A stretch of 64,000 bases of DNA from Longimicrobiales bacterium (lineage in GTDB: Bacteria; Gemmatimonadota; Gemmatimonadetes; Longimicrobiales; Gaopeijiaceae), in assembly GCA_965218295.1 (NCBI GenBank), contig CBDCKN010000015.1, positions 192,001 to 256,000 of the forward strand, given 5' to 3'. The notes below the pieces were generated by a model that was not told where the DNA came from, searched no databases, and saw only the letters and a program-made list of their open reading frames with translations. Numbering within the stretch: position 1 is the stretch's first letter; each line of letters opens with the position of its first letter. The position numbers and the translations under genes are program-made. This document shows positions 57,873 through 64,000 of the stretch, piece by piece.

Positions 57873-57923
57873 CGTACGTATATTAGCTACCTAAAGATAC
57901 GTACACCTCTCCGAGAGCAGCTC
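57873..57923 (-). repeat. Diverged copy of the TA promoter/operator at 20760-20811
   Basis: 43 of 52 positions match by manual alignment; GTACGTAT-N15-ATACGTAC is intact. Confidence 0.75.
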
Positions 57924-57947
57924 GACGCAAGATTACGTTGCCCTATC

Positions 57948-57963
57948 TGTTTCACGTGAAACA
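57948..57963. promoter_or_regulatory. parS site 1
   Basis: Perfect palindrome TGTTTCACGTGAAACA. Confidence 0.95.
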
Positions 57964-57973
57964 CCGACCGGTG

Positions 57974-57989
57974 CGTTTCACGTGAAACA
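57974..57989. promoter_or_regulatory. parS site 2
   Basis: CGTTTCACGTGAAACA (1 mismatch). Confidence 0.92.
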
Positions 57990-58015
57990 GAGATGAATGG
58001 CTGGATCGGAGCTAG

Positions 58016-58486
58016 TTACCGGGGAACTATCTCGGTGCGAAGGGTGGCCGGCTCCGTTGTGCCGTCGAGGTTGAAGTCGAAGTCGGTGTCACCCTCGAGG
58101 ATCACTGACGAATCGGCCCGCTCCCAGCGGGCTCGCGACTCCTCGGGGCTGGGGAGCTGCCTCATGAAGATGACGTACTGGCCCTCCACCGTCAGGACAC
58201 CGGACTCGCTGGAGGATTGGCCGTATCCGGCGAGAATCGCCAGATAGCGCCCGGAGGGCTGCACGGAGAGGGTGAAGGTGGCGTTGCTCGGGGGCTGGGT
58301 GATATCGGGTGCGACTTCGGGATTCGCCTTGCTCGTCACCACCATGGATTCGGCGATCCACTCCCCCACCATGAAGTCCGGATTGACCTGGGGACCCGTC
58401 GAATCGTCGTCGCCACCGCAGCCTGAGGCGACGAATGCCAGCATCAGAGCGGACAATCGGGCGACGGAGCGAGAGATTCGGATCAT
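58016..58486 (-). CDS. Lipoprotein, lipocalin-like
   Basis: ASGC lipobox, DDDSTGP, VGEW. Confidence 0.65.
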   Translation of the reverse strand: MIRISRSVARLSALMLAFVASGCGGDDDSTGPQVNPDFMVGEWIAESMVVTSKANPEVAPDITQPPSNATFTLSVQPSGRYLAILAGYGQSSSESGVLTVEGQYVIFMRQLPSPEESRARWERADSSVILEGDTDFDFNLDGTTEPATLRTEIVPR

Positions 58487-58667
58487 GGATGATGCTGCCT
58501 TGTGGCGGGTCCTTGCGGGCCGGCAGGCTCCACTTTCGGGTGCCTTCGGGCCTGAATCTATCACCCGCCGGGAGCCGGCGGAACAGCCGGGTTTCGCTTT
58601 ACCGGATGTGGCACCGGGAGTATATTCACGACCTCGCCCGTAGGAGTCACATCCCAACGGTCCATGC

Positions 58668-59447
58668 ATGTCGCGCGTCATCGCAATCGCCAACCAGAAG
58701 GGTGGGGTCGGCAAGACCACGACCGCCATCAACCTCGGCGCCTCCCTCGCCGTAGCCGAGTGTCGCACTCTGGTGATCGACATGGATCCCCAGGGGAATG
58801 CAACCAGCGGCCTCGGAATAGAGGATCATCCGGAGCTCATCACGATCTACGACGTCCTCATAGGGGGGCGCGAGGCGAAGGAAGCCGTAATCGAGGCGCT
58901 TCAGTTCCCGTTCCTAGACCTCATGCCCAGCACCCGGGACCTCGTTGGAGCCGAGATCGAGCTCGTGGGGGCTCTGAGTCGAGAAACGGTTTTCCGTCGG
59001 GCCCTGGAGTCGATACGGGGCGATTACGATTATATCCTGGTGGATTGTCCCCCTTCCCTCGGCCTGCTGACCCTCAACACGCTCACGGCGGCAGACTCGG
59101 TGCTGATTCCGATACAGTGCGAGTTCTACGCTCTGGAGGGTCTGAGTCAGCTCCTGAACACCGTGCGACTCGTACAGCGGGCCCTGAATCCCGCGCTCGA
59201 GATCGAGGGGGTGCTCCTCACCATGTTCGACCGCCGCCTGAATCTTTCCCGTCAGGTCGCGGCGGAGGCCCGCGAGTACTTCCGGGATCGTGTGTACCGC
59301 ACGTCGATCCCTCGTAACGTTCGCTTGGCCGAGGCTCCGTCCTTCGGTCAGCCCATCGTGCAGTACGACGTGCTTTCACAGGGCGCCCAGAGCTATCTGG
59401 CTCTAGCGAAGGAGCTCCTGATGGGACGCGGACCTGTAGCGGCGTAG
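58668..59447 (+). CDS. parA: Chromosome partitioning ATPase ParA/Soj
   Basis: NQKGGVGKTTT, DPQGNATSG, DCPPSLG, IPRNVRLAEAPS. Confidence 0.98.
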   Translation: MSRVIAIANQKGGVGKTTTAINLGASLAVAECRTLVIDMDPQGNATSGLGIEDHPELITIYDVLIGGREAKEAVIEALQFPFLDLMPSTRDLVGAEIELVGALSRETVFRRALESIRGDYDYILVDCPPSLGLLTLNTLTAADSVLIPIQCEFYALEGLSQLLNTVRLVQRALNPALEIEGVLLTMFDRRLNLSRQVAAEAREYFRDRVYRTSIPRNVRLAEAPSFGQPIVQYDVLSQGAQSYLALAKELLMGRGPVAA

Positions 59448-59486
59448 AGTCGCGTTAGCCGTACCTCGATCGGAGGACAAAGGCCG

Positions 59487-60383
59487 GTGAGTCCCCCTGT
59501 GAAGAAGGATCGGTTGGGCAAAGGCCTCGGGGCCCTTCTCGGTGACTACATGGACCCTGCTGGCTCAGGCGCCGAACCCCACCGCCTGCCCGTGGCCGCA
59601 ATCGTTCCGAACCCCAAGCAGCCCCGGAGGACCTTCTCCGATGCCGAGCTGGACAACTTGGCCCGCTCCATCGATGAGAACGGGCTCCTCCAACCCCTGT
59701 TGGTCCGCCGCGCCCCTGGGGCTCGCGACCTATACGAGCTGGTGGTCGGGGAGCGACGCCTTCGAGCGGTACGGCGGCTCGGATGGGAGGACGTCCCGGC
59801 GGTGACTCGCCAGGTCGATGACGACACTCTCCTGGTTCTCGCCCTTGTGGAAAACCTCCAGCGCGAGGCGTTGAATCCCATCGAAGAGGCTGAGGGCTAT
59901 CAGGCGTTGGAGGCCCAGCATGGGCTGAGCCACGCGGCCATCGCTCAGTCGGTGGGCAAGAGTCGCTCGACGGTGGCCAACATGCTGCGCTTGCTGCAGC
60001 TCCCCGTCTCCGTGAGGAAGCTGGTGAAAGGCGGGGACCTCACCACCGGTCACGCCCGGGCCCTCCTGGGCGTGAGCGATCCCGTGCAGCTGGCCGAGCT
60101 CGCCCGTCGTACGGTCCAGTCCGGCTGGTCGGTCCGGGAGGTGGAGCGACGCGTGCGGAGTGGGGCGCCGAAGAGAAAGTCCGGCCCCCGATCGGGCGAG
60201 ACCCGCGACCCCGTCGTCCGGGCGCTGGAGGACGAGCTCCGCGCGACCTTGGCCACCCGGGCTCAGGTTCGGGTGGGGCGCGGGGGCGCGGGGGTCATCG
60301 AGATCCCGTACCGCAGCTCGGAGGACTTCGAGCGGGTGTTCGAGCTCATCACCGGTCGTGACGCGTCCGAGGTGGTGTCGTGA
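59487..60383 (+). CDS. parB: Chromosome partitioning protein ParB/Spo0J
   Basis: LGKGLGALL, QPRRTF, GERRLRA, ENLQRE.LNPIEEA, KSRSTVAN. Confidence 0.98.
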   Translation: MSPPVKKDRLGKGLGALLGDYMDPAGSGAEPHRLPVAAIVPNPKQPRRTFSDAELDNLARSIDENGLLQPLLVRRAPGARDLYELVVGERRLRAVRRLGWEDVPAVTRQVDDDTLLVLALVENLQREALNPIEEAEGYQALEAQHGLSHAAIAQSVGKSRSTVANMLRLLQLPVSVRKLVKGGDLTTGHARALLGVSDPVQLAELARRTVQSGWSVREVERRVRSGAPKRKSGPRSGETRDPVVRALEDELRATLATRAQVRVGRGGAGVIEIPYRSSEDFERVFELITGRDASEVVS

Positions 60384-61138
60384 CCGAGCCCATTCTGAGG
60401 ATCGTCCTGATCCCCGACGGGAGCGAGAGTCGCACGTACGAGATCGAGCTCAGGCGTCTCCGGATTCTCAGGGGCCTGGGCATCGGTCTCGGCGTGATCT
60501 TCGTCTTCGTGGTCGTCACCTGGGGATACATGGCGGCCCGGGTCGCCCACGTCGTGGAACTCGAGGCGGAGGTGGCCGGTCTCCGAGCCGATCAAGCGCG
60601 CTTCCCGGCCCTCCTCCGCCAGCTCGACCATCTGGAGCAGCAATACGAAGGTCTTCGTGCGCTCTTCGCGCCCGACGGCACGGGAGCTCCGTCCGAGCTG
60701 TGGCTGCCGCCGCCCACGTCCGTGAGCCGCTCCTCCACCAGGGACGTGAGCGGCGGCAGCGTTCCCGACAGCTGGCCGCTCACTGAGCGGGGATTCGTCA
60801 CCCAGGGTCTTCTGGACAACGAGGACCAGGCGCACCCGGGACTGGACATCGCCATCCCAACGGGCTCATATATTAGAGCGGCCGGTGCGGGCCAGGTGGT
60901 CGACGTCGGGGAGGATCCCACGTATGGGCGCTATGTCCGTATCGAGCACGAAAACGGGTACGAGACTCTTTATGCCCACGCTTCAGTCACGGCGGTGTGG
61001 CTCGGCGAGGTCGTTCGGAAGAACGAGGTGATCGCGTTCACCGGGTCGACTGGGCGGTCTACCGCCCCTCATCTTCACTTCGAGATTCTCCTCGAGGGAG
61101 CCGCGGTAGATCCCCTCGAACTGGTGCAACAACCATGA
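60380..61138 (+). CDS. M23 family metallopeptidase
   Basis: HPGLD, YAH, STAPHLHFE; N-terminal TM plus coiled coil. Confidence 0.93.
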   Translation: MTEPILRIVLIPDGSESRTYEIELRRLRILRGLGIGLGVIFVFVVVTWGYMAARVAHVVELEAEVAGLRADQARFPALLRQLDHLEQQYEGLRALFAPDGTGAPSELWLPPPTSVSRSSTRDVSGGSVPDSWPLTERGFVTQGLLDNEDQAHPGLDIAIPTGSYIRAAGAGQVVDVGEDPTYGRYVRIEHENGYETLYAHASVTAVWLGEVVRKNEVIAFTGSTGRSTAPHLHFEILLEGAAVDPLELVQQP

Positions 61139-61842
61139 AATCAGTAAGGAAAGCGGACGTTATGGCCAGGATCAACAAGACTACTACGCCAGCCACTACG
61201 CCAGCCACGCCGCCCGAAGCGGTCATCTCCATCATCGGCATGGGCATGATGCTGACGGGCGACTGTGAGACGGACGGCGCTCTGAGGATCGAGGGTACGG
61301 TCAAGGGCGATGTTCGGGCCGGCAAGGCCGTCGTCATTGGCAAGGAAGGGCTGGTGGACGGCAACATCTACACCCAGGACGCCGTCATCGCCGGTGGTGT
61401 GCTCGGATCAGTCCATGCGGAGTCGCGCCTGGAGGTGCAGTCGACGGGCCGCATTTCGGGCGAGATCGATGCACGGCGAATGCTGCTCGAGGAGGGCGCA
61501 ACCCTCCAGGGCCAGGTGTCCGTGGGCGAATCTCGGCCCAAGGCCCAAGAGCAGGCTTCCACTCGTAAGAAAGCAGCCGGTGAGGGCACGCCGGAAGGTG
61601 ACGGCGGAGATCCAGGGATCCCCGGCGGCCCGACTCCAGGTGGGGTAACCCATGGAGGCGCATCCATCGTGTCGGCGTCGCCAGCGATCGGGGGGCCACC
61701 GGCCTCCTCCGACCGAGTGGCCGAAGCTCCTGGGATCGCCCGCAACGTCGCACGAAACACCGAAGCCCCTGGCATCGCCTGCGACGTCGCTCGGGATGAA
61801 CCCGCACGAGCAGCCCACAGCAGCGCCGCCGACGCAGGGTGA
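61135..61842 (+). CDS. Bactofilin (polymer-forming cytoskeletal protein) with a disordered tail
   Basis: SIIG.GM..TGD...LRIEGTVKGDV...IGKEG.V.G.I...LEEGATLQG. Confidence 0.9.
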   Translation: MKSVRKADVMARINKTTTPATTPATPPEAVISIIGMGMMLTGDCETDGALRIEGTVKGDVRAGKAVVIGKEGLVDGNIYTQDAVIAGGVLGSVHAESRLEVQSTGRISGEIDARRMLLEEGATLQGQVSVGESRPKAQEQASTRKKAAGEGTPEGDGGDPGIPGGPTPGGVTHGGASIVSASPAIGGPPASSDRVAEAPGIARNVARNTEAPGIACDVARDEPARAAHSSAADAG

Positions 61843-62023
61843 AGGCCGCCCGAGCGAGGTACCGCCACAGCCTCCGACGACGCTGCCGACGTAGTCTTTC
61901 CACAACGGTGGAAACATCCGTTATGTGGTGTGGCGTAGTGGGTTACGGTAATATTTCCCGGCCGTGTCCCAGGTCTGCGAGTCGTACGGTCCCGATTTTT
62001 CCACACTTCCTCGGTTTCCGTCG

Positions 62024-62776
62024 ATGAAATTAGAATCCTTGCTCCAATATCTTGATGAATACCTGGAGGTAGAGGACTTTCCGGACTACGGGTTCGCCCA
62101 CAATGGTCTGCAGGTGGAGGGGCCCACGGAGGTGGAGCGCGTGGCGGTGGCCGTGGACGCGAGCGAGGCGGTGATCCTGGAAGCAGTCGATCAGGGCGTA
62201 GACCTGCTCATCGTGCACCACGGCCTCTTCTGGGACGGGCGCACCCGCGTGACCGGACCTCGCTTCAGGAAGCTGCGATCCCTCATTCAGGGAAGCACGG
62301 CCCTGTACGGCTGCCACTTGCCGCTGGACGCTCACGTCCAGGTGGGCAACTGCGCCGTCCTATGCAGAGAGTTGGGCTGGGAGCCCGCCGGCCGCTTCGG
62401 GAGCTACCAGGGGCGTGAATTCGGTTGGTGGTGCGAGGTCGATTCGGAGCGAGAAGCGCTGGCGACGCATGTGGAGGAGGTGGTTGGGGGCCCGGTCCGT
62501 GTCATTCCGGGTGGGCCCGAGCACGTCTACCGGGTCGGAGTGGTCACCGGTGCGGCCGCGAGTCTCATTCCGGAGGCTGCGGCGTTCGGCCTCGATGCCC
62601 TCCTCACAGGAGAAGGGTCCCACCATACGTACAACGACGCCATGGAGTTCGGGGTGACCGCGCTCTATGCGGGGCACTATGCCACGGAGACGTGGGGAGT
62701 GAAGGCCCTGGCCGCGCACATCGAGGACCGCTTCGGCATCCCCTGGGAGTTCATTGACGCCCCCACGGGGCTCTGA
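62024..62776 (+). CDS. Nif3-like dinuclear metal centre protein (YbgI)
   Basis: NGLQVEG, LIVHHGLFW, HLPLDAH, TGE, AGHYATE. Confidence 0.95.
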   Translation: MKLESLLQYLDEYLEVEDFPDYGFAHNGLQVEGPTEVERVAVAVDASEAVILEAVDQGVDLLIVHHGLFWDGRTRVTGPRFRKLRSLIQGSTALYGCHLPLDAHVQVGNCAVLCRELGWEPAGRFGSYQGREFGWWCEVDSEREALATHVEEVVGGPVRVIPGGPEHVYRVGVVTGAAASLIPEAAAFGLDALLTGEGSHHTYNDAMEFGVTALYAGHYATETWGVKALAAHIEDRFGIPWEFIDAPTGL

Positions 62777-62779
62777 GCC

Positions 62780-62873
62780 CTTGTGTTCCGTTGCCGAAGT
62801 TCGCGAGCCACCAAGTTGGGTCGGATGCACCGTGCCCTCGACTGGCTGCGACACGTTGGTAACGGAACACTAG
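62780..62873 (+). mobile_element. MITE-like family A, full 94-bp copy between convergent genes
   Basis: GTGTTCCGTT...AACGGAACACTAG; homologous to the reverse complement of 4346-4438. Confidence 0.85.
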
Positions 62874-64000
62874 AACAGCCCGTCGAAATAGAAGTGCAGC
62901 CGGGTCCCGTCCTCACCCTTCAGCACGTGGGCCAGGTCGATACGGATGAGCCCGTCCAAGAGCGATCCTCCGACCCCCACCGATGCGGCGAATCCATTCG
63001 TGTCGAACCTCTCCTCGTGCCCGGTCCACGCGAAGTCGGCGAAGGCCACCACCCGTGCTGCCGCGAAGTCGTTCGCGACCTCTGTCCGTGCGAACCAGAA
63101 GGCGCTCCCGGTCAGGTCACCCGTGAGCAGCCCCCGAAACGTCTCGGGTCCACCTAGATAGAAGTGCCGCTGGATCGGGGTGTCGGCGGCAGACATGCCC
63201 AGGCCGGCCTCCATCGCTCCTACGAGGCGGAAGGGCAAGGGATGTGACAGCGCGCCGCTGGTCATCCACCGCCAATACTCGAAGTCGCCGGCGGCGCCCT
63301 CCAGGACGATGCGGCCCGAGAGCATGAGGCCGGTGGGGTCGACGCCCTTGTGTCCGCGGAGCTCGAGCTCGCCTCCGTACACGGACCCCTCGACGGCCGT
63401 GATGTTTTCCGGCATGTGGTCGTCGGGCCCGATGGCGCGCTGGAGGTAGAAGTCCGTCTGCTTGGACACCGCCCGGTGCTCCTCGAAGAACAGGCGGAGC
63501 GTCCTTCGCGACGCTCGGCCTGTCGAGACCCGGCTGAGCTCCACACCGAGGGCGTCGAAGAAGGCGCCCTGGTCGTTGCCGCCGACCAGGTTGCTCACCG
63601 ACCGGGTGAACTCGAGAGGCCGAGCCCAGTCGGATCCGAAGTCGAGGCGGCGGTATCCGGTGAGGGCCCACCCTCGATCACGCTCTCCCCGGAAGAAGGT
63701 GAGCTCCCCCCTGGGCTCCCGGTCCGCTGTCCCGATGCGTCCCTGTGCCTGAACGCTGAAGCGATGGGGCAAGGGGAGGGTGCCCGAGGAGCCGAAGCTC
63801 AGCCCCTCGATGCGGTTGTAGCGGGCCATGCCACCACGGAGGCCGTACACCCACTCGACGCCAGGCCGGGCCGGCGAGGGCAGAAGGTCCTGGAGCTTGC
63901 CCCGGAGCTCGTCGATCTCGCTGTCGCTGAACGCCGCGGGCGCGCGCTCGACCGCAGCTTCGGAGAGCTCAGGCGAGTTGACGACGGAGTCGGCCGGGGG
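62870..64000 (-). CDS. Outer-membrane beta-barrel protein, 5' end outside window
   Basis: RYNRIEGL, C-terminal GLIRIDLA...FYFDGLF aromatic terminus. Confidence 0.65.
   Translation of the reverse strand, partial: PPADSVVNSPELSEAAVERAPAAFSDSEIDELRGKLQDLLPSPARPGVEWVYGLRGGMARYNRIEGLSFGSSGTLPLPHRFSVQAQGRIGTADREPRGELTFFRGERDRGWALTGYRRLDFGSDWARPLEFTRSVSNLVGGNDQGAFFDALGVELSRVSTGRASRRTLRLFFEEHRAVSKQTDFYLQRAIGPDDHMPENITAVEGSVYGGELELRGHKGVDPTGLMLSGRIVLEGAAGDFEYWRWMTSGALSHPLPFRLVGAMEAGLGMSAADTPIQRHFYLGGPETFRGLLTGDLTGSAFWFARTEVANDFAAARVVAFADFAWTGHEERFDTNGFAASVGVGGSLLDGLIRIDLAHVLKGEDGTRLHFYFDGLF

Overview
High-GC (roughly 65-70% by eye) bacterial chromosome window, probably Gemmatimonadota (Longimicrobia-like). 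This taxon is inferred from gene content and a lineage-typical kinase N-terminus; it is not proven. The right third is the replication origin: pyrE, dnaN-oriC-dnaA, rpmH-rnpA-yidD-yidC-mnmE-acyP-mnmG, two parS sites, parA-parB-M23 peptidase-bactofilin and a Nif3-like gene. The left two thirds carry: a FadI thiolase and small redox genes; a 4-hydroxybenzoyl-CoA-reductase-like hcrC-hcrA-(DUF1460)-hcrB cluster; bacillithiol-related genes; an RHH-PIN toxin-antitoxin pair; a lower-GC island of small genes with a Sel1-repeat protein; MarR-arsM; tdk and tRNA-Asn; an SPT-like/ADC-fold/lipid-kinase operon; a ModA-ModB fusion; and a sigma54 two-component operon. The most striking unannotated structure is two families of small hairpin-forming, TA-flanked inverted-repeat elements (IS630-type MITE-like). 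They sit on TAG stop codons, and one copy supplies a protein C-terminus. Other unannotated features are a copy of the TA operator/promoter next to parS, a shared GTTG-N7-CAAC operator before marR and arsM, and a B. subtilis-like DnaA-trio unwinding site. About seven genes carry 1-2 bp frameshifts, all in the first 30 kb; these could be assembly errors or real decay.
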